Source: Candidatus Hydrothermarchaeum profundi
Lineage (GTDB): Archaea > Hydrothermarchaeota > Hydrothermarchaeia > Hydrothermarchaeales > Hydrothermarchaeaceae
Assembly: GCA_002011125.2 (NCBI GenBank)
Contig: MTMF02000009.1
Location: forward strand, 1,064,989-1,128,988
Length of the DNA: 64,000 nt
Direction of reading: 5' to 3'
The translations under genes and the position numbers were made by a program. The notes below the pieces were generated by a model. It was given only the letters and a program-made list of their open reading frames with translations. It did not search any database and was not told the DNA's origin. Below are positions 29,357-44,300 of this stretch, piece by piece; position 1 is the stretch's first letter, and each line of letters opens with the position of its first letter.

Positions 29357-32300
29357 ATGTCTAATTCCTCTAGGGAAAGGCCTGTATTGTCAGTATGGAT
29401 TCTACCGTTTATATTAGTTTTGACTATCCTCGCTTCATTAATGGCAAATTCACAAACGCAAGATGCGAATATAACAATACTCAATCCATATGAACATCCA
29501 AGATTGGGGGGAAACTGGACAATATACTTCACTACCACAGGAGAAGGAAGTCTATCGATCTATGATCACTCGTTCCCAGAGGAAGTCGAGTTTGTTGACC
29601 TTTATAAGAAGAAGAATAGTGAATGGAAAGTTGTTCCAGTAACTATCAATGATGATCTTATCCAAGCATATTGGGCATATTCTCAAGGAAAAGTTGTTTT
29701 TAAAGTTAAAACTCCTAAGAAACATATTCTTGAGATCCGATACGGTGAGCAAAAGGTATATGCTCATAATTTTGCTTCGCTTTCCGTAAATCTAAACGCT
29801 CCATCAAGAGTTCTTCGAGGGGATATCATAAACATCTCAGGGTACGCAATGAATCACAATTTATCTTCGGTTTATATTAACTACTCACTTCCAGAAGGGT
29901 TTGATATTATTTTTGGGGAGTCAAAAAAATACTGTGGAGGCTCTCCAATCTGTTGGAATAATATAACTATAAATACTTCTAGAGTCTCATTGGGAGAACA
30001 TGTTGTAAAATTAGAAGCCTGCTCATATGACATATGCGAATCTAATACTACTAAGTTAGTTATTGAAAATGTTAAAACTGTAGTAGGCGAGCCTTTACAG
30101 GGAAGGGCTATTATTGGTTTGCCAGTAGAGTGGAAGCAGGACTTCAATATATGGAACCCATCTTTAAGGAAGGTGTATAACTATACTCTTCCACTTCCAT
30201 TAGACGCTTTCGATATAAATGCGGGTAGTATAAGGGTAATAGATAATGTTCTACAGGAGATCGATGGAGGAGAAAACCTCTCTTTTTCTGTAAAATACTA
30301 TACTTCACCTCCTCTTCTAACCTCTGAAGATAAGTTACTTCTCCTCCAAGATCTCCTGCCTGATAACAGTATCGACATAAAAGTATACGAAGACGGAGTT
30401 CAATTGTTTAGTGCGTCTAATATTGACATGCTTAAAGAACTTCAATTAAAAGTGCCAGTAAAAGCGATAACAGTGTTTCAAAATTCTAGCGTAGCCTACG
30501 AGAATGTAGAGGTTAATGTGTCAGTTGAAGGAGTTCTACTTAAAAATAAAACAAAGTTAGAACCAATTAGAGCGGAATTATCAAATGGTAGCTTATTTTG
30601 GATAATTCCTCGACTTGAAAACAGCGAGACTTTTTACATTATTTCATCATATAATAAGTCTCAAGGAGAAGCTAGGGTTGGAGAAATTGTTCGATGGAGG
30701 CTAGATTTAGGTAAAAGGATAGTAGAGTACTCCACCCCATCACCAAAAATCCTAGAAACCGAGATACTAGAGAATGGAAAATGGAGTAAGGCAATTAACA
30801 TTAAGAGCGATGTTCTATTAGAGAATGTAACCGTAAATTCAACGATACCTGAAGTAAATTTCACTAAGGGTAAGAAACTAAAAATTAAACCCAAAAAAAG
30901 TTACTTCAAGGTAAATGAAAACCCGGAATTTGAAGTAGAAGTAGACACAAATATAAGTCTGATCTGGACGAATGGTACTACTCCTCTATTTAATGAAAGC
31001 ACCGACGTAACTAATGAAACATCGCATAGTGTAAGATTCTTAGATACGGATAATAATGGATTTAGTGACACTATTGTTTGGACTATTCCCTATCTAGATG
31101 AGCAAAATTACATAATCGAAAAAGATTCAGGGATAATTACTGCTGAAGTCGAGGATAGTCATGGAGTAAGAGCAGGAGTAAAGCCTAAGGTTATCAATGT
31201 AGGAGGAGGTAAATACAAACTTGAGATACCTTCAACTCGGGCTATTAAGCCAGGGTTATACAAGCTAGTAGTTGAAAGTAATGGGGAAAGAGAGGAGCTT
31301 TGGTTCCAGTGGGGATTAATCTCGATTAACACAGAAAAAGCTGTTTATCACCCAGACGAGGACGTAAAAATAATCATGGTTGTTTTGGATAAGGAAGGGC
31401 ATCTAGTATCTGGAGCAGATGTTAATCTGATTGTAAATCCTCCAATAGGACGCCCAACTACCTACTCTACTTCCGATAAAACAATTGTGGAAACCCAAAG
31501 AGGAATATATGAGGCAGTATATCGAGCAAGTCGCGAGGGAAATTATACCCTTTTTGCGTCCGTCAAAGCTCAGGATGTTGTGAGTTCTATAGACTCCTAC
31601 TTCACTGTTAGAGACTTTTATGAATTTGATATTTTGAGGAATATTCCTGTGACTATTGACCCAAGAGTTGGGCCGTTTAACTCTAGTATAAAAGTGATCT
31701 CTTATGTAGGCCATGGTACTCTAACTTTAAGAGAATACTTGCCAGCAGTGTTTGATGTAAATGCTGGTAATGCTATAATTAAAGAAGAGGGGGATACTAT
31801 TATCTTAGAATGGAAGAACCTTACAAATGGTTCTAAAGTGGTATATAAGTTCAATACGCCCTTTATATGGCCTTACTTATATATGATTGGTCCTGTTGAA
31901 ATTATTTATGATAATGGGACTTATGTTGAGGCAAGGCCTTGGATGCTTGCTGTTGATCCCTCAGAGGAAATATGTAATTGGTATGAAGATACCGTATCTT
32001 GGACTGCATTTGGAACAACAAACTTGGGTGCTATAGAATACTACAACTGGACATTAGATACTCCTTGCCCTGGGTCTTTGGATTGTTATATCGCGAACAT
32101 TTCAGTTTATATAAAATATACAGATCAAGGTACTGGGGCTGGTGCAGATCCAGGTCAAAGTTATGTGCAGATAGCTAATTTCACTGAAAGAAATCCAGAC
32201 CCCTCTCTGGCTAATTATAGTCGTTATGCTGCATATTCTCCAGACACTGCAGGCGGAGAGACTGTAGAAAGATGGGAGTGTGGAGAAAGCACGTCGCCAA

Positions 32301-35300
32301 ATACCTGTAGCCTTTCATTAGGAAGCGGATATAATGCTAGTGATTACTACTCTGTAAAAATAGAAGTACCTGCAAAATATAGTGCAGCAGTATCTTCAGT
32401 AAAATACCTCTGGTGTTATAATACCTCAAATCCTGCCTTAGTGGATGCCAATGTAACCCCAGCGAGAGGTGGTTGGGGTGAGATATTCAATTTTACCGTG
32501 AATGCTAGTGATCCACAAAATTCGACTGTAAACATCAGTTTATGGAAGTCCTATAGCATTCTTGATCCAACTTGGATACTAATAGATAACTATTCTTTAT
32601 ACCCCTCAGATCCCCCTGTAATTGTTAATTTTACTGGTAGATTTTTCAAACAATCTGATGTGGACAGTACTATATACTATAAATTTAATGCCACAGATGG
32701 ATCTAACACGAATGAAACGGAGATTAGATCATTAATAATAGAAAAGGACGACATAATTATCCAACACGGTAGTGGGAATGGAACGACCGTTAACCGTAGT
32801 GATAGTCTATCTAATTATAGTGTAAATTTGACTACAATAGTTTTCGATACTGATAATCAAACCAATGTTAGCGATGGCATACCTGGAAAACTTTGGATAA
32901 CACATGATGCTTCCCTTGGGTATCAGGTCGGAGATCAAGAAGGTGCTAGTACGCTAAATGGATATCTTCGAGCTTCAGCGACTGATGGGGTATTTAATCC
33001 TGACTGTAACTATAAGGCAGGAGTTCAGAAGTGGTACATGGAGATTACTGATAATTCATACTATAAAACTAATACATCTATAAACTACAGTGGAGACAAC
33101 TTCACTATTACTATACTGGGGGACCTTTCGATTTCTTCCTATAACATCCTGCCTTCAGCTACTATTGAAATTGGGAATAATGTAACAATAATATCGGATG
33201 TTCAAGACGATTGTGGGAGCGATATTGATGATGCGTCTGTGACCTTTAGGATAGTAAATAATACATATGGATACGACAATACCTACAGCGCAGATTTTAT
33301 TCCCTCATCTGACGATTATAGATTTAACCTTACAACCAACTTCAGTACTATTGAAGGTGTCTATAATGTTTATATAAATTCATATAAAGAATATCATTGG
33401 AATGGAACTGCAACAACTCAATTTAGATTATACTATAATCCATTATTAGAGGATGCGTCTGTTAGCGCATCAGAGATAGATGTCGGGCAGTATCTCAATT
33501 TCACAGTCAATGTAACTGATACTTTTAATGACACAGTTAGCATTTACCTCTGGACTAAGAAGGGGATAGGAAATTGGACACTTGAAAATTCAACCACTTG
33601 CACTGACTATGTTTTCCAATGTACTAATTGCAGTGACTTCGTAGCATATTGTTATAAACAATTCAGCGGCGGAGATGCTGGGACTTGGAGTTTCAAGTTT
33701 AATGCTACAGACGATAAGGGCAATACCCGAGAAACAGATATCGGATCTTTCCAAGTAAATAATGTTACACTTGTGTGGAACCACGTCCAGGGCAATGATT
33801 CTCTTGCTAATAGAAGCGGAACGCAGAATACTACGTTGGTATTGAATATTACTAAGCAGTCTGACGGTAGTCCCATAACGAATGAACAAGTGGAATTATG
33901 GGTGAGTACGGAGGGGGATATAGAAATCTCTTCGACAAAAGTAATGACTAATACAACAGATTCTTCGGGGTTAGTGTATTTTGATTTCGATCCAAGTTGT
34001 TCAATAAATGTAGGAGTACAGGAATGGAAAGGAGTAATGGCAGGTAGCGCAGGATACACGAATCCTGATTCATGGGAAGACGCTAACTTATATCTCGCTG
34101 TAACTGTTAATGGCACCTTGCAGAATTCGATAGACGAGCCTAATGGAGATGACAATACAACTGCGGGAAACATTATCACGCTTCAAGGAGTCATAGTCGA
34201 TGATTGCGGCAACGCCATGAATATAACCAACGGAACAGGGTATGCCACTGAAAATATAGCTTTCAATCTTACCAATGGAGGATTCACAGAATCTTGTACA
34301 CCTATAACCTTGATTGGGTCTAATGTATACAAGTGCTCATGGAACACAACGGGCAAGCCATCGGGGTGGTACAATGTCACATTTTCAGCTGATGAAGACT
34401 ATTACTATGGTAGCACGGTTACCCAATACGCTCCAAATACTTTCTTCCTTTTCACCCCTCCTGTTCTAGAAGATTATTCTGTAACTCCAACATCTGCTGG
34501 CTGGGGTGAGGGCAATTTCACATTTAGAGTTAATGTATCAGATTATACAGATTATTCAGGGCTTACCGTGAATGACACTGTTAGTGTACATCTATGGGAA
34601 AATCCTGGATCTGGTTGGACGGAGATATCACCTACAAACTATGCATGTACCGGATGCGATGATGAGCAGTTTACTTGGAGTAAGGAATATTCTTGTACCG
34701 AAGGCGGGGCCTCTGAAGTTGGATCGATTTTCTATAAGATAAATGCGACCGATGATTTTGATGGAGAAAGTCAGACTGAGACTCTTTCTTTTACTGTGGA
34801 AAAAGATGATGCAAAAATATATAATGTAACTCCCTCTTGGAATGCCACGATTAATAGATCCTCGGGTGTTACCTTTATTGTACAAATAAATGATACAGAT
34901 CGTAATACGCCGATATCAAATATAAATGAGTTCGGAAGGATCTATGTTACAATAGACGCCGATCTTGGTGCATGGGATTCACCTATCTTCAGTAGTACAA
35001 ATGCAACTGGTTACTTAAATAGGACTTTGACTGGTGGAGAAACTGGGACATGGTGTACTGGGGGTTATAAGCTAGGACAAGGCTACTGGAAAGCTGAAAT
35101 AAAAGACAGAGCCTGTTATAAGGATAACACCACAGTTGATATTCCCTTTATACTCTACGGAGACCTCATTAATACAATTCAAGAGCCAGATGGAACACAG
35201 AACTATACAAAAGGTGCCGGCAGTATAAGAATGAATGGCACGATCATAGATGACTGCTCGGCTTCTATTACCGGCTCAGGTACAACCGTTATATTCGAGA

Positions 35301-38300
35301 TATCTAATGGAGCTTATACCGATACATGTGTTGGCAACCCTGTAGGGAGCTATTATATCTGCGATTGGACTCCTCCACAAGGAGCGCCACTCGGATGGTA
35401 TAATGTTACTATGACTTCCTCCAAAAGCAACTATAATAACGGTAGCGATACTGTTAATAATGCCTTCTTCCTCCGAAGTGTTCCACGACTTGAGAATCCC
35501 TCTATACAAGCAGGAGCCTGGGGTCAGTCACCATTCAATTTCACAGTAACCCTGAAAAATGATAATAATGTGACTACATATGTATATCTATGGCTTTATA
35601 ACGCATCGTCTGGTTGGAATCTAGAAGATACGAGAATATGTACTGATTCTGAATGTTACAGTTATCAGGCAAACTTTTCACGAAACTTCTCGAAAGATGA
35701 GGTCGGTTCTTGGCAGTATAAGTTTAATGCTACGGATATTTCTGGCGCTACTAATAATACTCTCTCACCATCTTCTTTTGAGGTTCTAAAAGATGATGTG
35801 ATTGTCTCTTATATAGCTGGAGATGGAGTTGAAGTTAATAGATCTTCTGGCTCTGTGATTCTACGAGTTCAGATCAATGATACGATTAGAGGGAATATAG
35901 TAGTAGATGAGGGTACCAGTTGCGCATTTTGGATCGAGAAAGACGGGGTAAACTACGCCTCAGCTTTAATCAATACTACAGACTCTCTAGGATACTGTAC
36001 GTATTACTTCACTCCAGGAAATGATTATGGTGCAGGTGAGCAGAACTGGACAGCGGGTACTTATAACGATCCTTATTATAACAATAATAATCTCTCTGTT
36101 GCAAAATATTTGATAATTTATGGAGATCTGTCTGCTAATATATCAGATCCAGGGGATAGCAACATAGGGGATCTAATAACCATAAGGGGGCGGGTGATAG
36201 ATGATAATTCCAGCGAGGTAGTCGGTGCGAATGTAATATTTGAACTAAGAAGAGAACCTACCGATAGCTGGGAGATCTGTGGTGTAACCTATAACGAGAC
36301 TGGATCGAATGCTGGATGGTACAATTGTACCTGGAATTCTACTGGAAAAACTGCAGGTAGTTGGGATGTCAGGATGAAGGTAAGTAAGTCTTACCATAAT
36401 CCAAATGAAACCATTGAGATAGACTTATTCAATCTAATTAGTCAACCTCCTTCGGGCACAGGGCTTAGTGTTACGCCACCTGTAGGTGGTTGGGGAGAAA
36501 CATTCACGTATAATGTGTCTGTTTCTGATCCTGAGAATGACAATGTTACATGCAAACTTTGGGTCAATACCTCTGGTAGCTGGGAGTTAAAAGGGTCTCA
36601 GATACAGACTGCGCCTTATAATTGCTCGATACAAGTTTCGGATTACACTACGTTAGATATTAACTCCAATTACTCATTCAAGTTCGAATTAAATGACTCA
36701 AATAATTTAGTAAATACAAGCCTAGCCTACGGAGAAATAGAAAAAGATGATACTTCTCTGGATATCCTAGTCAATGATGAAGATGCAATAAGAGGACAAA
36801 CCATTGTATTCTCAGGAGTATTAACTGACACGGATAATGGTAATCCTATCAGCGGAGCCGCTATTAATCTTACTAAAGACGGCGAATATGTTCCTTACAG
36901 TAATACTACAAATTCTACAGGCGGGTATGTGATTTACTATACAATTAGCAGTAGTGAAGCATTTGGCGGTCACAACTTTAGCGTAATCTATGAAGGCAGT
37001 TCTTCACTAAAGGGAAGCATTTCTAGTAACATCTCAGTGAATATTAGTCCTTCGCTCACGCTATTAGATTTAACTACAGATGACAATAAAGGCTGGGGAG
37101 AAACATGGAATTTCAAAGTAAATGTTACTTCTGATCCGGCGGCACCTAGTGTTACCATCTGGTTGCAGTATAATAGATCAGGGTCTTGGGTTAACATAAA
37201 TTATACCGAGTGTGCAGACTGTACAACAACTACAACAAAAATAATTACCTCAAACTGGAGCAGAGATGACTCAAATCTAACGAGATACTACAGGTTCTAT
37301 GCAAATGACAGCAATCAAAACAATGCTACAACGCCATCTGGAAATGTAAATATACAAAAAGACGACATTGTAATCCAGGGGGAAGGCGGAGTAGGAGCGA
37401 CAATAAACAGGTCTAATTCTATAAATCTCTCCTCAAGGGTAATAGACCTCGATACGGGTGCATATGAAGTCGATATAAATACCACCTCCGCCTTCTCCAC
37501 TTGGATAACTGCTGATGGGGAAAACTATACAGAGGTAAGTGAAGAAAAAAATGAGACTCACTTCTACTACACTTTTACGCCCACTTGTGGAGGACAGTAT
37601 CAACTTGGGACTCAAAAGTGGAAAATGAATGTCAGTAACGCTGCTTACTTTAAGGACAACGAGTCAGCAGAATATACAATAACCATACTGGGAAGCTTGT
37701 CAAATATCTTAATCCAGCCTAACGGTTCTACAAATTATACGATTGGAGACACCATAATACTAAGAGGTAATGTGTCAGATGATTGTGGTAACGCAGTTAC
37801 AGGAGCAACTGTAAGCTTTAAACTTGAGACCAATGGCGCTACCTACTTATGTGAGGGTGCCAGCGTTAGTGATGAAGGGAACGGTTGGTATAATTGCTCA
37901 TGGGATTCTAGTGGTAAACTTAATGGCACATGGTATAATGTAACCATAATAGCTAGTAAAACCAATTATTGGAATGGTAGTGATTCTATTGCTAATGCAT
38001 TTTATCTTTCCACAAGACCTGTATTAGAAGATGTCTTAGTATCGCCTCCTACGGGAGGATGGGGAAAGAGTCCCTACTACTATACTGTTAATGTAACCGA
38101 TACCGATGGGAATAATGTCACAATACGATTTTATCTGAGAAATGAAACAGGAGAATGGATTTTAAGAAATTCTACTAGCTGCGTAAACTGTAATGATTAC
38201 ATTGTAAATTTCTCTTGGAGTTATAGCTATACTGATGTAGGTACTTGGTTTTTCAAGTTCAATGCCACAGATGAAAGTGGAAGTACCGCTACTACCTCAG

Positions 38301-41300
38301 GAGAAGAAAATCATACGATTTCTAAGGATGATATTCTAGTCTCATACCTAGCTGGAGATGGTGTTGAGGTTAATAGGTCAGGAAACGACTACGTGAATCT
38401 TTCTACTTTCATAACCGATACTGAAAGGAACGTCAATGTTACGGATGCTAGTGTCAAAATTTGGGTTACAACAGACGGCACTATTTTTGATAATGGGACA
38501 ACTGTTACTCCTGAAGGTAACTATTATGTCTTCCAATTTAATCCTCCTGGAGCTCCATCATGCAATTACTCGGCAGGAGTGCAAAAATGGAAGATGAACA
38601 TTACTGGTGATCCAAGGTACCTGGATAACACTTCTCAGGAATTCTCAGTTAAAATTTATGCGGATATGGATATTGCTATTCTAGAGCCAAACTCAGAGGA
38701 TATAACTATCGGCGACTCTATCACAATAATTGGAAATGTGACAGATGACTGTGGGGTGCCTGTGACAGATGCTTCCGTATTCTTCAATATAACTAGGAAT
38801 GGAGCCTACGTAGGAAACTGTACGGCTACTCATGTCGGGGGAGGTAACTACTCTTGTAGTTGGGATTCTACGGGGAAGACCGAAGGCTGGTATAACGTCA
38901 CAATGATATCAGAAAGGTCTTATTATTATAATAAGACGTCCTTGAAATCTAATGCATTCCGCCTGGTAGGGGCTCCAAAACTCGATAATCCCAGTTATTC
39001 GACTTCCTCTGGTGGAAATGGTTGGGGTGCGACTTACAATTATACAATAACTGTGACAGACACTGAGGAGGATACAGTAACTGTGTACTTCTGGATTAAG
39101 AAAGCTGGAGGAACATGGGCATATCAAGGAAACCAAACTTGTACTAATTGTAGTGGATATGTGATGTCATTTTTAAAGAACTTTACTTGCAACGACCAGG
39201 GTACTTGGTTTTTCAAGTTCAATGCCACAGATCAGGGAGGCAATACAAATACAACATCAGAATCTGATAATTATCATAATGTAGAAAAGGATAGAGTTTC
39301 ATTTACTCATGTTTCTGGAAACGGAACAGAAGCCACTACGGTAATACCCACTACTTTCAAACTCTATCTAGGGGATATCGATAAAGGAGAGGCAGTAGCA
39401 GATGGAACTGAGGTGATATTCAATGTTACTTATGATGGAACGAATTATTTCGAATATGGTCCTAATTTGACCCAAGGCGGAAATGTTTCATACAGCTTCT
39501 TGCCCAATATGAGCTTCACTTCGGGCTGGCAGAGTTGGACTGGGCAGCATATAGAGGATTCTTGCTATTTATATAATATATCAAGTATTTACGTAGTAAA
39601 TGTCACCCTTAAATATCCTCCATATATCGAAAACGGCACAGTAAGCGGAGTAACTGGCGGAGTTTCAAAAGGCTGGGGAGAGACATGGAATTTCAGCGTA
39701 TGGGTGAAGGATGTTGACGATGCGGTGACAGTAACTTTATGGAAGACAGATTTATCAGGTTATGTTGAAGATTCTAACTGGGAAAATATTAGCCAACAGG
39801 TCTATACTGATATTGGCAACTGGCAGCAACTTAACTTTTCACCTATTTTCACGCCTTCTGATATGGGTACATGGTACTACAAATTTAACGCTACTGACGA
39901 AGCAACGAATACTAATTCTACTCAGAGGTCCCTAAACTCTAACTTTACAATAACTAAAGAAGGCATAATCTTTGAATATGACGCATCATGGGCTGAAAAT
40001 AACGAATCCATACCAGCAAATAGAAGTGGAACTCAGAGTAAGGAACTCTTAATATTAGTAAAGGACATTAATGGAACTCCCCTTTCTAACTTTAATGTAA
40101 CATTTCAGATTGAACGAAAAGGGGAGGGTACTAACACTTGGTGGGATTATGATGTAGTAACTAATTCAAGTGGCTACGCTAATTTGTCATTTGATCCTAC
40201 CTGTGATAACGCTAGTACTGTAGGGGTAGATGAGAGATTTGAAGTTGGAAAGCAGAAGTGGAGAGTTAAAGTTGTTGGACTAAGTGATTATAATGATTCT
40301 TATTCTGATGAATATAATCTTACAATCTGGGGAGACACTAGGATTTACTTTGACTATCCATTAAACCAAACATATACTCTTCCTAATAGGGTACCCTTTG
40401 AAGGCCGTATTTTTGATGACTGTGGAGAAAGCCTGCCTAACGCGGAGGTAGAGTTCTGGGCTCTAGGAGCAACACATTACCTCTGTGGAAACACAAGTAG
40501 TGGAGATGCCTATGAGCCTGTTCCGGGACTTTATAGATGTAGAAATGAGGGAGAAGATGGATGGAAAACATCAGATAAGCCGACAGGCTACTATAATGCT
40601 ACCTGGAATATTACCCTTTCCTATTACTATATTAACAATTCAATTAGCGGAAGGATAGTTCCGATAACTGACAATCTTACATTAGCTAAATCGCCAGGAT
40701 GGTTTGAGCTAACAATTTCAGCAAATGCACCTGATTTAAGTGAAGCTGATGTAGAACCAAGGAGAGATGGATGGGGTGTTAAACGCAATTTTAGTGTAAA
40801 AGTCACAAATCAAAATGGAGATGTAATGAACATAAGCCTCTGGTACCAGCCTCCTGCTCAAGCAGAAATATTGTTGGCTTATACTGGTAATGTAACTTCT
40901 AATGGTTCAGACATCATCTATTTCCGTGATATATCCTTCGACTCTAGCCTATCAGGCCAAGTTATGAAATTTAAATTTTATGCCTCTGACAATGATGGAG
41001 ATAGTTATACTGGTGCAGGAGACTACAATGCATCGGGGGACGCTACTCTCGCAGACAATGAATTTTATCTCGAAAAAGATGACGTGGTAATTGAGTATGT
41101 TTCTGGAAATGAAACTACGGTTAGCTCTAGTGGGGTTGTGGGAGAGCCATTAACATTAAGAATTTATGATAGTGATAGGAAAACGTACAACATAGCGCCA
41201 AGTGCGACTGTGATATTTAATGTCACAGTAGATGGTGAAAATTATACAACGGTTAATACGTCTACAACCAACGATACAGGCTATGCCGAGGGGACTTTCA

Positions 41301-44300
41301 CCGCCACGTCCCCACCATTCCCCGCAGGTGTATCAAAACAAAAGTGGGTAGGATACATACCAAACTCAGATTCATATTACAAATATACCCTCTCTAATAT
41401 TTACAATGTAACTATAGATATCAATAATCCGCCTGACATGACGGATGAAAAAGTAAATGGAGTTACTGAAGGAGCCTCTGAGGGTTGGGGCTTTGTATTC
41501 AACTTTTCTGTAAAAGTCAGAGATGACAAGAATGCTACAACTAATATAAGTCTATGGGTAGATACGGCCAATACTGCTGATTATGAGTTGATTAATTACA
41601 CGATTTGTGATGCCTGTGGTTCTGCGGGATGGGTAACAATTAATCTTAGCGCAAAATTCACAGCAAGTGATATAGGATCAGCTTCATACTACTTTAAGGC
41701 CGTAGATAATACCTCAAATGAAAATGTAACTTCAGCACATACCTTCACAATTGAAGAAGATGAAGTAACTTTTGAAGTAGATCCTAATAGCAATGGCACA
41801 AACATCATAGTTAATCGAAGTGCAAATGCGCAGCCCCTTAATTTAACAGTTAGATTAAGAGATGAAAATGGTAGTTATCTGGGTGGGGGAATATCGAATA
41901 CACTAACGATTTCGAAAGTGGGAGTTTACCCTGGGGCTACATGGGATTCAGGCCGCACAGTAATTACAAATGCAAGTGGTTACGCAGTATACGAATTCAC
42001 TCCAACTTGCGATAATGAGTCTACATCTTTAGTGGATGAAGAATATGAGGTGGGTCTACATAGCTGGTACATAAAAGTGGATGACTCAGAGTCCTTATAT
42101 CAACCAAATCAATCTGACTACTATACTTTCAAAGTAATGGGCACTTTGATGAATACCATAGACGAGCCAAAAGGAAATGTAACCTATGATGCCGGTGAGA
42201 TTATTCTTATACAGGGTTTCATTGAAAACTATTGCGGTGAGCCCATAACCACAGATGTTTCAAATGTGTGGTACAATTTAACTAATGGACCCTACGAGTA
42301 CAGTTGCACAAATGTTACTAGGACAGGAGCAAATGTATACAAATGTGAATGGGACTCTACCGGTGCTCAAGCAGGCTGTTACAATGTTACAATGCATTCA
42401 AGCATGGAGAACTACTATGACAATGAGACCACAAAGCTAGCGGGAACTACATTTTGCTTAGAAACACCACCCTCGCTACAATATGCAAATGTAAGTCCAA
42501 GAGAAGACGGATGGGGTAAGAACTTTACATTTTCAGTTAACGCTAGTGATAATGAAGGTGATAACGTTACAGTAAATCTGAGTTATGCTATTGGCTCTAA
42601 ATCATCTGCGTGGTACCAGATTTTGCCCTCTAAAACGTTCACCGCAGGTCTAAATCAAACTAGATTGGAGTGGAATAAAAGCTATAGCTGTAGTGAGGTA
42701 GGGAAGACGCTGTTCTTTAAATTCTATGCAATTGATACTCAGGGATTTACGGATGAGACTACTGCATCAAGCTATTATATCGACGGCTCTGATTCATTCT
42801 CGATAACAAAGGATGATGTCCAGATCTTATATTCAGGAGGCAATAATTCAGAAGTAAATAGGTCTGGCAATGATACTGCTAGACTGGTCCTGAGGGTCTT
42901 CGATGTCGACAGTAATTCCTACGTGAATTCTACTCCCACGAATGTTTATTTCAATGTTACTATAGATGGAGAGAACTTTACTCGGGCATACGACACCTCT
43001 GGGGTTTCTTATGCTACCACAAACTCAACGGGCCACGTAGTTTTCGACTTTAACGCCACTTGCGAGCATCAAGTAGGCCAGCAGAAGTGGATTGGATATA
43101 TAAGTGGGGATAGTTGTTATCTCAACCAGGTTTCATCTGATTATGTTTTAACGGTTATAGGAGACTTAACAACAGAGATAAACACAGGTAGAGCTAATAA
43201 ATCTTATTATCAGAACGAGGATGTTGACCTCTGGTTTGAAGTCAGAGATGAATGCGGCAGTTTGATTCCTGGGGCCACTCTTGACGTATTGGTTTATTAT
43301 AATTCGACTTTAAATTACAGTTGCTCGCCAGTAACTGATCATAATAATGGTACTTATAACTGTACTTGGCAGACTGCTAACACTACAGATTATCCAACTG
43401 GTGCTTGGAAAGTTAGGGTCATCTCTTCAAAGCTTCCAAATTATAATAACGGCTCCGACATCAAAACTGAGGCAATACTTTTGTCTTCTGCGTTGAATTC
43501 TGCACCTGAACTTAGTAATGCTGTAGTAGAGCCTAATGGATGGGGAGGCCTAACCAACTATTCTGTTACAGTATTTGATGTAGATGGAGATGACGTAAAT
43601 GTAAGTTTATATGAAAATAAATCTGGCTCTTGGGTTTATATTGGTAGTGAAATCTGTAGTACCTGTTCAAGTAGCACACAGATTAATTTCTCGGTATCTC
43701 ATAATTGGACTGACGTTGGGACAATGTTTTATAAGTTCACAGCCTTTGACGGCACCATTGAGACGGAATTGATACCTGCATCTTATCAAATATTGAAAGA
43801 CAATGTAAGCTTCCTAGGCGTGGATGGAGAAGCATCTGTTAATAGGTCAGGTACGCAGACAGCGACTCTTAACTTCTCGGTATATGACATCACCAACAAT
43901 AGTTATGTAGCCGATTATGGAAAGCCCGAAGCTAACTGCTCGGTATGGATGACGAAAGATTATTCTAGCTATTATCTGTCAAACATTTCGGTAACTTCTA
44001 ACAGCCTTTGCACGGTAGAATTTGACCCTGATGAGTCATATGAAGTAGGAGTCCAATACTGGAAGGGAGGAGTTTACAACGATAAATACTACGCAGACAA
44101 GAATACCTCAAATCGGACCATATTAATTATAGGCGACTTATACAATGCGATCACAACTCCAGATGGTGATTCATACAACATAGGTCAGACAGTAACGATC
44201 AGATTTAATGTAACAGATGATGCCGGAAAAAATCTAACGGGATTAACTTCACAGAACTTTACTATCTCCCTCGAGCATAATGGAAACGTTTATAGTTGTA

